This document shows, one piece after another, positions 23,501 to 36,801 of a DNA stretch of 58,173 bases (position 1 is the stretch's first letter; each line of letters opens with the position of its first letter). The position numbers and the translations under genes were made by a program. The notes under the pieces were generated by a model. It was not told the DNA's origin and did no database searches. It saw only the letters and a program-made list of their open reading frames with translations. Source of the stretch: Octopus bimaculoides (lineage: Eukaryota); the NCBI RefSeq assembly GCF_001194135.2, contig NC_068981.1, positions 156,714,406 through 156,772,578 of the forward strand, in the 5' to 3' direction.

Positions 23501-23809
23501 GTCACAGTTTTTAATTTTTGGGATTTTGTTTCAATTGTTTTCAGATTTGGTGTATCGATGTAGATTTGTATGCTAATTATGGAAATGAAATTCATTTTTG
23601 TCATAAATTAATAATAGATAAGAAGTTAATTGCTTTTAAAGTTTGCAAATTTTGTGTAATTTTAATCACTCGAGAGCCACAGACATATTGGTGCTTGTTT
23701 CCATAGTAACAAGCCATATAGTCAGTTTAAACTAGTACAACCACATGTATTTTCTTTAACTGTCTATTTTCTCTCACAAGCGCCTAATTTTTGAATGCCT
23801 GTACAACCT

Positions 23810-24345
23810 CGTTTTTGTCGTTAAATGTTGAAGGACTGCGAATGAGCCACTGCACAGTTGTTGATTACAACAGATATGTCCGTGAAATATGTGCGGAGGA
23901 TCTGCTTGGAAGAGTGTTGAAACAGGCGAAAGAGTCTTCTCAAGACATAAATATAACCAAGGAAGGGTGCTACCTGAACAGTGAGTTTTCGGAGGAAAGT
24001 GTCACGAGACAAGACATGTTCTTTATGCCGTGCTATGTCGGAATCGTGACTCACTAGAGGAATGCATACGTCAGTCGATTATTCCGGAAACCACAATTTT
24101 CAGTGACTTATGGAGGGCCTATCTCATATTCTTGAAATTGATGGTTATAATTTTCGACATAGAACAGTGAACCACAGCGTTGAGTTTATCAACTCCAGGA
24201 TAGTACCTACACACGAGAAGTGGAAAAAAGTACATAGGCCAATGTACAACGAAGGAATAAACGACGCTGTCTGATCCATCGTTCTATGTTTGAGTTTATG
24301 TGGCACAGGAGATACCAAAATTATAACTTGTTTGAGGAGAAACTC
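23810..24345 (+). mobile_element. Merlin (IS1016/IS1595-like) transposase relic
   Basis: SHCTVVDYNRYVREIC; ETGERVFSRHKYNQGRVLPEQ*VFGG; TTIFSDLWRAY; HRTVNHSVEF; FEFMWHRRY. Confidence 0.85.
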
Positions 24346-25036
24346 CTAAAGTGTAAATCAAACTTTCGTTCTTGAATTTTCGCTACAAAAAAAAATGTAT
24401 TAATTGTTTACATGAACTGAACTACAGTACTATAATGTACAATTATTTTTTGTAATATAATGTGCAGGTATTTTTTTGTAAAATAAGGTACAGTTTGTTT
24501 CGTTTTTGTAATTTAGCGTAGTTTTTTTTTTTTCTTTTGTAATTTTTCGCCAAAAACACTTCATGGAGATTTGTTTTCATTTTATATTGCCTGTTCTAAC
24601 GTTTCAGATAACTTTATTCATTCAAACTTATTAAAACTTCAAAACTTCTAACAACTTTCGTCGTGGTAATATATTGCCTTCATTGTCATTGTAATGTTAT
24701 GTTAAATAGCTACCACGCACAAAATGCCAGCATCCAAATCTTGTTTTCTGATTGGGTAAAAATGATCAAACTTTAACTCTCTGTAACATTAAAAAAAAAC
24801 AAAAAAAACTCCGGATGAAATGGATAGCAACATCAGATTCAGCGTGGAAAATTACTTCAATATATCAGATTTGAAATTTTTCACTTAATTTTCAAATTTC
24901 AATAACTATTCTATTACAGTAACAAATTAATCTATAGATTAATTTTAAATTATGAACTAGATTTTATAAATTCCAATTTGGTAGATTCCACCTAAGTCGT
25001 TCTTTTATCTTAATTATTAATTTCTTTTTGTTGTAG

Positions 25037-25150
25037 TTTTATTCGTACCAACCATTCTTCATGTTTTTGAATTATCCCAAATCTGTTATAAGAGATGAAT
25101 CGTTTCCTCTGAAGGTGTCTGTATTCAATTATCTGAAAACTGACCAAGAG
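25037..25150 (+). CDS. TEP: TEP exon 14 (FYSYQPFFMFLNYPKSVIRDE...VFNYLKTDQE)
   Basis: tgtag/gtacgt boundaries; QPFF..L.xP.SV.R.E and VFNYL motifs of MG7. Confidence 0.94.
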
Positions 25151-25300
25151 GTACGTCACCTTTGATTTAAATACGAATGTTATGAATAATTGTTCACATG
25201 AAACTAAAGATATTATTGATTTCTTTGCCTTAGAGTATTTTTTTAATATTGATTTATATTAAAATATAAACATTGTGTTGTTTTCTTGTACTTATTTCAG

Positions 25301-25369
25301 GTTAATGTAACATTATTGCCATGGGATGAACTCAATCCAGAAGAAAAGCCTATTACCGAGACTGTTCAC
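25301..25369 (+). CDS. TEP: TEP exon 15 (VNVTLLPWDEL...ETVH)
   Basis: tttcag/gtaagt boundaries; 23 codons, phase 0-0. Confidence 0.85.
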
Positions 25370-26056
25370 GTAAGTATTATGATAATTCGACATTAAGGTC
25401 GTAGCTGCATAATAGAATCGGTAGAGCACCGGTCGAAATGCTGTGCAGTCTTTAGTTGCTACCATTTATATTCTGAGTTGAAATTTAACCTACTTCGAGA
25501 TCGAGTTTATTCTTTATTAGTTGATAAAATAAAAGTACTTGTGGTGGTGGGGGTCAATGAAATTGTCCTTACAAACTCTTCTACAATGTTTGGTCATAAA
25601 CTCACTATTTCATTATCACATGACCTCCTTGTAAGTAACTCTAATACAAAAGTACATTATATTGTTGTTTAGTCTCACAGTTAGTCCTGATCAAACAGAC
25701 ATGATTATAAGCATTCAAACCGCAACCATCTAGCCATTTTATGTATCTAGAATTATGTAACTATATTGCCCAACGTAACCATTAAGGTATAATTTGACTG
25801 AATTTGGATCCTATTTCTTGCAGTCGAGCGACCGCGTAGTTTCTCTGGTTACAACATATAGCAGAAGTAGCAAAATCTAGGAAAAAAAATTCCCTACGTT
25901 CTACCTTCAGAACCGACTTAGCATTTTATCACTTCAAAGTCCATAGCAGTAAATGGAAGATCACTTGCGTGATTTCATGAGTCGTTCGTGGGGTTCCCAC
26001 GAGTGTTGTTATTGAGATCTATTCCTCTCTTTATATGTATATAGACGTGCACATGT

Positions 26057-26115
<59 letters not shown>

Positions 26116-27207
26116 CGAATAACGTGCTTCCATTGAGTCGCCTCCATAACCACAGTGATTATTTTTATCACCATCGTTCTACCGATAGCATTAAAAAAAA
26201 ATCAATAATAATATGGGACCCGGTACGGTACAGCAGATCTTCGTCACTATTTATCAAATACTCAGCAAGCGTTCTCCTTTCATTCCTTATACAGTAGTCT
26301 ATACTAATCAGTCCTCTGACACTATTCATTCTTAGCGTTTTATCACTTCAAAGTCCATAGCAGTAAATGAAAGATCACTTGCGTGGAAGATCACTTACTA
26401 GATTGTACCTTTAAATCAAAAGCTTTAATCTTCTCAAGCAATTCTCGCATAATTCTTAGAATTACGTACGTGAAAACTATACGAGAAGGATGGAGTTATT
26501 TTTTGGCTGTACTTAATTTTGGAATACTCAACCACTTATATGTTACTTTTATAACTTGATATTTCAGGTGATCGAACATCTGAATACCTATCGTCAAATT
26601 GTCCCGGTTATCCCTATCCTGGTTACACCAGTTTGTCCTGTCATGCTAGCACAAATGCTAAGATAAGCAAATATGGTACGAAGAAACAACACATTAAACG
26701 CTCAACTGCGTCTTCATGTTTTGCCTCTTTGTATCATACTTGGTCGTCTTAACATTTTATGGTTTTATTTAATAATGAATCTTTATTAACTCAAGCATAG
26801 TACATGTCATTGTATACTTATCAGTTTTTTTTATTTTTATTTATATAAGTATTTTATTTATGGCTAATTATTCGTAGGTGCATTACCTATAAAAAGAACT
26901 GTATTCCATTACAAGTCATTCTAAACCACGATATCTCCTTACGCAACCTGCTACAGTTAAATAACAAAATGTATTATAATCGTGCTAAGCGAAACCGAGT
27001 TAATGAACAAGGTACTATTTAAAAAGACACTTGACGAAAAACATCTGCACTGAATGATGCACCACAACCAGTTGCTCAGCATCTCACGCGCGAGGAAACG
27101 ATGCACGATGAAGTGAAACGAGTGTAGTGATTGATAAAGAACATCGTGAATTCCATTTTCCCCTTCTCTCCTTTGTTATGTATATGTATATATTTATGTA
27201 TACATAC

Positions 27208-27259
<52 letters not shown>

Positions 27260-27567
27260 NNNNNNNNNNNNNNNNNNNNNNNNNNNNNNNNNNNNNNNNN
27301 NNNNNNNNNNNNNNNNNNNNNNNNNNNNNNNNNNNNNNNNNNNNNNNNNNNNNNNNNNNNNNNNNNNNNNNNNNNNNNNNNNNNNNNNNATTCTTTTTAT
27401 TAGTTTCAGCCATTCGGCTGCGGTCTTGCAATCGGACTTACAATCGTGAGGTTGTAAGTGTTCGAATTCCGGATCGGGTGTGTATTGTGTTCTTGAGCAA
27501 GACACTTTACTTCAGTTCACTCAGCTACAGAAATGAGTTGCGACGTCACTGGTGCCAAGCTATATAT

Positions 27568-27609
<42 letters not shown>

Positions 27610-27756
27610 GTGTATAAAATTTGTGTTCATTTGTATTTCACTTTCTTGCTCTATCAATATAAATTTTAAATGTATTTACCACGCCCCTACTTGATACATA
27701 CATTTAAAATATTTTATGTATTTCATAAAATTTTATTTATTTATCGTCTATTTTAG

Positions 27757-27885
27757 ATAAAATCCAATCGACAAGTATTAGTTACATTTAATATACGCCT
27801 AAAACAAGTCGGTACCCAACCACTAAAAGTTCGAGCAGTATCTGGTGAAATAACTGATGAAGTACATAAATATGTATTGGTTAAG
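27757..27885 (+). CDS. TEP: TEP exon 16 (IKSNRQV...TDEVHKYVLVK)
   Basis: tttag/gtaacg boundaries; G.I.L.V.A...D.V.K.(L/V)LV pattern. Confidence 0.9.
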
Positions 27886-28156
27886 GTAACGTTTAATTTG
27901 TTATGAATTTCTTCATGGACAAAAATTAATTTATAACCAGACCTAGTGAATTACTACAAATATTTATTCCAATTTTATGGTCTGTTTTCTTTCCGCTAAG
28001 ATATCTCATAATTTTGCCTTTAGCATATTAACGACTTTAAAATGTTTATTAAAAGCAAAATCAATTCTATAATGTCTTTGAAACCAACGCATTCAAACTC
28101 TTCTTAAAAATTCATTTATTCATTGATTGTTTAATCAAAAAATTAATTTTTAACAG

Positions 28157-28304
28157 CCAGAAGGAATTACAAAATATTTCAACAAACCAATTATGATGAA
28201 TGTCACTGGAAGCGAACCCGTCTTAGAGAACTTCGCCTTAACACTTAATGATACTTCTTCAAACATCGTTCCTGATTCAGTCAGAATTGAAGTTAGCGTT
28301 ATTG
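28157..28304 (+). CDS. TEP: TEP exon 17 (PEGITKY...NIVPDSVRIEVSVIG)
   Basis: aacag/gtaagt boundaries; PEG and VPDS..I.VS..G motifs (CUB domain, first part). Confidence 0.93.
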
Positions 28305-30278
28305 GTAAGTACTTTAAGTAAAGTTAATAAAGTATGAAAACTAGTGAGTCGTTAAAGCATTTAGTGCATGTAAGACAAATCAGCTCATTTTTGATGTGGT
28401 TAATTTTTGACCAAGCTACATTCATGATAGTAAAGCAGTAGAATCCAGGAAATCTAATGATATTCTGTTGGGGCAACTAATAATGCAGTGGAATATATTT
28501 TGTGTTATAAGGAAGAAAAGAAGTACAATGTTTCGGGCAGGACCATTCGTCCGAGAGATAAAATATTTACAGGTGTTGCAGCATAAATAATGCTGCAACA
28601 TTTCTATATTCTTGATAACTTGCAATGCTAGGTTCAAACCAAAGCGCAACACATATCCTTCAAATAGTACTCCTAATTTACATCGGTGTGATGTGTCTAG
28701 CTGTAGTGCCTATTAACAAATTAGAGTCGGTTATTTAACACCTAAATGTCTTCGACAGTCACAGAAGTCGTTGATCTTTCGGTTGACAGACATTCTAATT
28801 GACTTTACCTGCTTATTAAACTACAAGAGAAAAGCGCGCGCGTGTGTGTGTGTTGTGCATGCGTGCATGCGTGTTAACCAGTTTAGTGGCACAGTGACGA
28901 GGTGAGAAGTAAATCTCTCTGTTTATCTCTTCATAAACGTTTGGACAATCGCAAGCAATTTTCCCACAAAAAACAGCTCTTTTTCTTCAACAAGAAAAAC
29001 ACTTTCCATTCACTACACTGTTATGCTTGTGCTGTATATGAACACTTATGAATATGATATGAATAAATATTAAGCCTTAATGCTTTGAATACTTAAAACT
29101 ATTTTGTTTAAAGAATGAGTTGAAGCGGTTGATTACTCTCTATTGTTTCATTATCTCCATATTCTCATACAAATAAACTGTTTTACCAAATGACTTCTTA
29201 ATACAAGAAAGTATCCGGGGAAACGTAATTTGCAACACTGTTTCAAATTTTATGTTACAGTTATTTCCCTTCCATTACGTTAGTATCTTTGGGAGAAATA
29301 ATTGACCACCACTACCAATATAACTTCCTATTTTCGAAATCACTAAGACATGATTTGCTAATGTTATTATTCAGAAAAGTTCCCACATTTGTGATAAATG
29401 TGAGTAGTATATAATAAAAACTTTGGGATTGTAGTTGCTGTGAATGACAGCATACTATGTCTATTGAATATAAATACCCTTTAGATCGAACATTATATCT
29501 ATTGGCTATAAACGCCACATCCTATCAAAAGTTGAAGGCTTCCAAGTTGAAGAGCCAATAGTTTGTATATCTTTGGTTGACACTACACTTTGTCTATTAA
29601 CGAGGTATTCAATTATACAATTATAGTTTACCTATTCAATGTAAACGCTTCAGTTATCTTTTCAGTTGTCAATTAGGCCATTAACATCATTTAAAATGCA
29701 ATTAACATCACTTAAAATGCACACGCCAATACATACTGAAAAGGATCGAGCACAAGAGAATTGTGGCAGAATTGTTTTCCTGCGCTCATATATTCAATTT
29801 TTGGCCTACGGGATGCCAAATATAGCGGAGCACCAGGCTTATATACTTTATGGAATCTCAATATGGTAGCACGACTCACTAGAATTAGCAGTAGGATCTC
29901 ACTTAAATCATATCCTATCGTTAAGAAACGGCAGGGTACACTGAATAGTGTAGTCTTAGTTATACTAGAACTGTAGAAAATGCTATGATCACGAATGGAG
30001 CGTCTTTCATATAGGCCTGTCTGTATGTTCGGGGCTGTTTTGAAACCAAATAACAATCTTGTATTTAGTTTCATCCACTTACATTATAAACGCAAATTCT
30101 ACCAAGACCTATGTAATCCCTCATCACTCCGGGGTCGATTTAAAAATATCTGTATTAAGCTGGGATCGATGAAATCGAATAACAGATAACTAACTCCATC
30201 AGTCAATATAAAAACAAAAAGAATGTGTTGCATGAAATAAAATCCTTAAAACTTTTTATTTTATACTTGATAAAACAG

Positions 30279-30455
30279 GTGATTTAATGTCTCAAGTTGA
30301 TGCTGCCGCTTCTGGTCTTGTCAGAAAGCCAAGTGGTTGTGGAGAACAAAACATGATCAACTTCTATCCAAATGTTTTGGTTTACAAGTACCTGGAAGCA
30401 AGTAACAGATTGGGTGATGATCTTAAAGCACAACTGATTGAGTACACGCGACATG
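30279..30455 (+). CDS. TEP: TEP exon 18, thioester exon (GDLMS...KPSGCGEQNMINFYPNV...)
   Basis: GCGEQ encoded at 30335-30349; aacag/gtgagt boundaries. Confidence 0.98.
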
Positions 30456-31124
30456 GTGAGTCAATATTCGTTTTTTTATTGTCGAGAGGTTTTCAATAAA
30501 ACTTCCTTACATATGTATTCCACATGAATCAATGATGTTTTCTAGTGCGAGTAGTTGTTTGTGAAGGTCCATGGCTCTTATAGTTAGGGTGTTCGGTTCA
30601 TGATCATTAGATCGTGGCTTTAATCCCCGTACTGGGTGGTGCGTTATGCCCTTGACTAAGACACTCCATTTCACGTTGTTTCACCTTATTATAAGAACTA
30701 ACTAAATGCTGATACAACCCTTTCTCCCAACCAGCTGTTACACCCTGGCTGTTACATTGGGTCAACGACGAAGAGGCTGAGGCACTGTCTATGTTTTCTC
30801 GTAACTATGATGCGCGCGATTGACGACCGGCTGTACATAGAATTTGTGCAAACATTTACAGGCATAAATATTTGTTACTTTGTAGCGTAATAAATAGAAA
30901 TTTCTTTATACTTGTGTCTTTTATATCTCGTAATTTTGTGTTTCGATGAATATATATCGAAATACGTTCTGAGTTTGGTATGATTGATTTCACCCTTTAA
31001 ATCGGTGTCGCAACGACCACAGTCTAATTAACCCAACTAATTAATGAAAGCGTCAAATATATAAGCAAGGTCTTGTAGATCTGTATCAATTGTTTCCATA
31101 AAGTTTGATTTTTTTTTTTCGAAG

Positions 31125-31206
31125 GTTACCAAAATCAACTTAGATATCAACACAAATCTGGTGCATTTAGTGCTTTTGGAGAAAATGATTCAAGAGGAAG
31201 TACATG
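31125..31206 (+). CDS. TEP: TEP exon 19 (GYQNQLRYQHKSGAFSAFG...GSTW)
   Basis: GYQ..L.Y....G.FSAFG motif; aag/gtaagt boundaries. Confidence 0.96.
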
Positions 31207-31848
31207 GTAAGTAGACTAAAAAAAAAAAAAACTGTGTAACATGTAAATGTGACGAAGTTTGCTGAAACAACACAGTTCTGTACTAAGTGTTATATAATAA
31301 TTTACTTTGTTATTTAGTTACAACTTGAAACTTCAGCTTATCTCAAAACCTCGTTGAAAATATAACCAGCGTTAGAGCAAGTAATATAGAAATTTTACGA
31401 GTTATTAGCTTTTATTAGTGTTAATTNNNNNNNNNNNNNNNNNNNNNNNNNNNNNNNNNNNNNNNNNNNNNNNNNNNNNNNNNNNNNNNNNNNNNNNNNN
31501 NNNNNNNNNNNNNNNNNNNNNNNNNNNNNNNNNNNNNNNNNNNNNNNNNNNNNNNNNNNNNNNNNNNNNNNNNNNNNNNNNNNNNNNNNNNNNNNNNNNN
31601 NNNNNNNNNNNNNNNNNNNNNNNNNNNNNNNNNNNNNNNNNNNNNNNNNNNNNNNNNNNNNNNNNNNNNNNNNNNNNNNNNNNNNNNNNNNNNNNNNNNN
31701 NNNNNNNNNNNNNNNNNNNNNNNNNNNNNNNNNNNNNNNNNNNNNNNNNNNNNNNNNNNNNCAATATATATATATGTGTGTGTTTGTGTGTGTGTGTGTT
31801 CTACTTATATACATGTATGAAGATGAACATAATTTAAAATTTTTCCAG

Positions 31849-32014
31849 GTTAACAGCCTTCGTTCTAAGATGTTTTGCTGAAGCCAAGAAGAGTATGCCT
31901 GAGGTGTATATTGATGATAATGTCTTAGTTAAAGCAGTCAAATGGTTGTTCATTCGACAGTCTGAAAATGGAAAATTTTTCGAGGTCGGTCAAGTCCTTC
32001 ACAAAGCAATGCAG
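31849..32014 (+). CDS. TEP: TEP exon 20 (LTAFVLRCF...GQVLHKAMQ), carries catalytic His
   Basis: WLTAFV motif; His codon CAC at 32000-32002; ccag/gtaaaa boundaries. Confidence 0.96.
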
Positions 32015-32381
32015 GTAAAAATATTTGCGCTATTCACAAAAAGCATATATCATGACACTCACGTACACGCGCGCGCGCGCGCATAGACATTCAGATAATT
32101 ATTAAACAAACTGGCACACCGTCGGTTACGGCGCCGAGTGTTCCAATTGATCCAATCAATGAAACAGTCTTCTCGTGAAATGAACTTACAAATGGCCGAA
32201 CACTTCATGTAGCCTCAACGTAGTTTTCAAGGAGATTCAGCGTTTCACAGAATGTGACAAAGCCAGAATCTGGTGGTTGCTGCGGCAGGCTGCCTAATAT
32301 TTGCCCCGTATACGTTACGTTTAATTCAGAAGCAAGCTCTCGAACAATTGTTCGTGGATTGACTTCCACTAAGGCTCTTAG

Positions 32382-32760
32382 TTAATCGTTGTCAACATCC
32401 GATGGCCGACCACTACGCTTATCATCTTCAAGACTCTCGTCACCGCAACGAAATTTCTTGAACCACCATTGTGTTGTACGTTCATTAGCGGTTCCTGAGC
32501 CAAACGCATCGTTGATATTGCGAGCTGTTTCAGCAGCTTTTCGGCCTAGCTTGAACTGGAATAAGAAAATTGTGCGAATTTGCTTTTTGTCCATGTTATA
32601 TTCAACGTTCCAGAAAAAATGGCCTAATTAATCAAAGAGAAAAAGAGCAGCATGATTAGATAGAGCGCAAAACGGGCTTTAAAATGATATATAAAATCAA
32701 AGTAATTTAACGAAAATTAGTTTGAAAATGCAAAATATAAAATGAAAATTAAACCTAATA
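32382..32760 (-). mobile_element. Mariner 5' fragment (Hsmar1/cecropia-like HTH)
   Basis: ORF MDKKQIRTIFLFQFKLGRKAAETARNINDAFG...WFKKFRCGDESLEDDKRSGRPS. Confidence 0.88.
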
Positions 32761-32819
32761 CATATATATATACGTATATACATATACATACATATACATA
32801 TAAACATATACATATATGT

Positions 32820-34711
32820 TGTGTCGACGCCCCCAGGCGAAGAAGTAGGATCTCCCAAGACATATAAATAGAGGTAGTCTGGCCTTGGTAGGAGTGTTGA
32901 GTAGCAGCTGTGTAGCGGTTGAGTAGAGATCATCCGCAGGTGATAGACAGCAGTAGCTATATATATAGCCGTTTTGCTACACTTTTATTACTGAGATCCT
33001 CCTCCAATATGTGGCACTTGGTGAAGAATGGAGTTTGATATAGCTACTCTAATTTGCACCTCTTGCCGTCAGGTAGGTTCATCTGGGACTCTCGACAAGA
33101 AGAGTTCCAGCTTTCATTTAAAAACGTCTACATCTACTTTGTGCAGGTTCCTCAGGCTCTTTGGGAGAATATTAAAAAGCTGTGGGCCGCTGAAACCCAG
33201 GCTGTTGCAGTAACTGGTCCTGAAGCGCGATGGCGTTGCTGGGATCTTTGGCACTATGCAGTGTCGTCCCGTTCTGGCATTGGTGTAGCTTTCAATGCCA
33301 AAACTTGGCACAATTCCTTCCAGGATCTTCCAGATGTATATTACTGCATACTTCTCCCGCCTTCTCTCCAGGGAGTAGAGTCTTAGCTGTTTCAGCCTTT
33401 CCCAGTAGCTGAGTAGATGCAAAGAGACGATCTTCTTTGTGGATCTTCTCTGGATTGCTTCAAAGTCCGCTGTTAATTTCACACTGGTGGGTGACCATAG
33501 CTGTGAGCAGTTATCCAGGCGGCTGAGGACGAATGTCCTCCAGAGGACCATCATGGTTTCCTTATCTTTAGTTCTGAATGTTCTCAGGTTCCAGTCAGCC
33601 AGTCATCTGCACTTTGTCGCCATCCTGGTAATGTGCACTTGGAAAGAGGTATCATTACTCATGTCGATACCTAAGTCCCTCACTGATTTAGGCTCTTTGA
33701 TTGAAATTCCCTGTGGACCAGTGTACTCTGTAAGTTTCATATTCAGTTTTGGACGCTGGTAGCGCAGGGCTTGGAATTTTTCAGCATTAAACTGCATATT
33801 ATTATCCTCAGCCCATCTATAAATTGAGACCAACTCCTGCTGGAGATGTGCAACATCGCTGGCGTTCTGTATTTTCTGCGAGACTTTCGTATCGTGTGCG
33901 TAGCTTGCAAGGGTGGCTATCCAGGCACTTGAGAGCATATCTGAGGGGGCCACAATAAAAAGCAGTGGTCCCAAGACATTTCCCTGTAGAACACCGCTCA
34001 TTATTTATGTTTTCATAGAGGTGACTCCATTAGCCACTACTGCCTGACTTCTGTCTTTCAGAAAGTCATGTAACCATTCTTCAAGTTTTCCAGCTATGCC
34101 GAGATCATGCAGTTTGTGGCATATCATACAATGATCCACTTTGTCAAAAGCTTTTGCAAAATCAAGGTATATTACGTCCACATTTGAATTGTTGAGTAAC
34201 TGCCTCAACATCCAGTCATAATGTTGTAAGAGTTGGGTCAGGCAGCTCCTACCTGGTCGAAAGCCATGCTGGGTTTCACTAGCAAATTATTTTCTTCAAG
34301 GAATGCGATTAGTTTCCCTCTGACTATCTGTTCCACGACCTTGCTGATGCATGAAGTCAGAGAGAGAAGCCTATAGTTTTTGGCATCTGCTCTGCTTTCT
34401 CCTTTACGGATTGGGCATATTATTCCCTCCTTCAGCTTGCTTGGCAGTCTGCCATTTGCAAGAAAGCTCTGGAAGAGAATCTGGAGGGGTTTTGCCAGGG
34501 CATGCTTACATAATTTGAGGAGGATTGCTGGGAAACCATCAGGACCAGCAGTTGAGTTTGTGTCTACTTCATCTATGGCTAGTAGTATATCTTCTTTCGC
34601 TAATGTCGATGTTTTCTATCGTAACTGCCTCATTGGTTATAGGTGAAGCGGCAAAGAAGTCCACTGGTTCGTTCACTTGTCTGTGTTTCAACGGGGTGGT
34701 AAAAACACTTT
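32820..34711 (-). mobile_element. CR1-clade LINE, RT and 3' region (5' part runs into gap)
   Basis: VDVIYLDFAKAFDKVDH, SGVLQG..LGPLLF, YAHDTK, MQFNAEKF, YWERLKQLRLYSLERRR; stops and frameshifts present. Confidence 0.92.
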
Positions 34712-35454
34712 NNNNNNNNNNNNNNNNNNNNNNNNNNNNNNNNNNNNNNNNNNNNNNNNNNNNNNNNNNNNNNNNNNNNNNNNNNNNNNNNNNNNNNNNN
34801 NNNNNNNNNNNNNNNNNNNNNNNNNNNNNNNNNNNNNNNNNNNNNNNNNNNNNNNNNNNNNNNNNNNNNNNNNNNNNNNNNNNNNNNNNNNNNNNNNNNN
34901 NNNNNNNNNNNNNNNNNNNNNNNNNNNNNNNNNNNNNNNNNNNNNNNNNNNNNNNNNNNNNNNNNNNNNNNNNNNNNNNNNNNNNNNNNNNNNNNNNNNN
35001 NNNNNNNNNNNNNNNNNNNNNNNNNNNNNNNNNNNNNNNNNNNNNNNNNNNNNNNNNNNNNNNNNNNNNNNNNNNNNNNNNNNNNNNNNNNNNNNNNNNN
35101 NNNNNNNNNNNNNNNNNNNNNNNNNNNNNNNNNNNNNNNNNNNNNNNNNNNNNNNNNNNNNNNNNNNNNNNNNNNNNNNNNNNNNNNNNNNNNNNNNNNN
35201 NNNNNNNNNNNATATATATATATATATATATATACAGTAGGATAAAGTATCTAACCGAATTAAAAAAAACATTGCTTTCAGTTTCGTTTTCAACATTACA
35301 TGTTCAAATATCAATAATCTTTGATTAGTTTTTACTCTGTCTTGAGATCGATGCATGTACAAATTTTAGTACATTTAATCAGCTACACTCTTTTACTCTA
35401 CAAATATAAGGCCTTTGTCACAATATAAGAGATTATCACTATTAATGGATTGAT

Positions 35455-35620
35455 AAGAATGGTGGATTTGCAGAATCATCAGCAGGTCAGATAAAATTCC
35501 CTGCAGTATTGTTTTGGCTCTTTATGCTCTGAGTTCAAATCCCGACAAGGTAAATTTTGTTGTTCATCTCTCTGGAGTCAATAAAATGAGATACAGCCAA
35601 ATACTGGGTGGATTTAATTA
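35455..35620 (+). mobile_element. Degenerate SINE family A copy (another at about 25395-25530)
   Basis: GCAGAATCAT...TCTGAGTTCAAATCCCGAC...GAGTCAATAAAATGAG. Confidence 0.55.
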
Positions 35621-35753
35621 ACTTATTTTTTCCTTAACAAAAAAATAAAAAGGAAAGAAAACATCTGTTTTAGTGCTTACGTTAGAAAATAAACATTTAT
35701 AGGTTTATTAATATTGAAGGCCATTTAACAAACATTTTCTTCGTATATTCCAG

Positions 35754-35855
35754 GGTGGTGCTTCTGAAGGAACAGCAATGACAGCATACGTTCTACTTGC
35801 TTTACTCGAATACAGAGATTTAATTGATACACATGAAAACCTGGAGCCAACGAGA
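35754..35855 (+). CDS. TEP: TEP exon 21 (GGASEGTAMTAYVLLALLE...PTR)
   Basis: GG...TAYV..ALLE motif; ccag/gtgagt boundaries. Confidence 0.95.
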
Positions 35856-36638
35856 GTGAGTATATTTAAACGATAATATAGACAGAACGATTCGGATGTA
35901 ATAAACTTGAGTGAATATAGTAAAAGCTTATGAAGCTCAAGGAACGCAAAAAACGTTGCTAATTTCATCCTGTGTCATGGTATAAAGCAGAGGAAACAAC
36001 GTTTTTTTTTCCTGTTTTTCTCGGAGAGTTTACTACTATAAATAAAATGAGTCACAGAACTGGTTCAGCAGAACTATGGAGTTATCTAAACTATACATAT
36101 TTTAAAAATTTTAACGTATAAATCCTTAAAGTTTTAGTGGGAACGAAATGAAAATTTGCGTGTTAACAGTATAAATTAAGTGAAATTTCTTTAACCAAAA
36201 GCCAAATCGAAATACGAGCCTCTCTATAGAACCTGTTTATATTATATAGAGTGGCTCAGGACACTCTACGTTTTGTCACTGGAAACATTACGTTACCGTT
36301 GATGAAATACAAGCCATTTGTCTTTTCACAACCTGTGGAGAAAACCGGCTAGAACACTGACTAAAAGGGATAAGTTCTTTGATATAAGAAGTTAAAAGCT
36401 ATTCTGTTGTCATACAGCTCGTTGAGTTAGTCATGGAATAGTTTGAGAACTATATGGACACATAGCGCTAAATTTGCACAGAATTTCCGTGTTTACATAT
36501 TATTTCTTACGTTGATTCTAATTGAGATTTAACCCTCTGTCACGTGTTTCATTGATGGACTCGGAACTTCATTAGCTTTTGTTGAAGTGAAAAAGAGCTA
36601 TTTAATTTTTATTTTTAACTTGTCTCTTTAAATTTCAG

Positions 36639-36801
36639 AATTCCACAGAGGTAGCAATAACTTTAGCCGAATTGTATTTGAAAAGTGTACCAAGCAATAT
36701 GTATTCTAAAGCTATTTTAATGTATGCCAATGCATTGTTGGGAAATGACATGACGTTCGAAGAGTTACGAGCAGAATTAGAAAGTTATGCTGTCATTGAA
36801 G
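36639..36801 (+). CDS. TEP: TEP exon 22 (NSTEVAI...YSKAILMYANAL...AVIEG)
   Basis: Y..AI..YA.AL motif; ttcag/gtaaga boundaries. Confidence 0.93.

Noticed and set aside
27084-27669. Long ORFs spanning N-runs (also 31395-31837, 34525-35362, 43473-44190, 57145-57663)
   Set aside because: Artefacts of gaps without stop codons.
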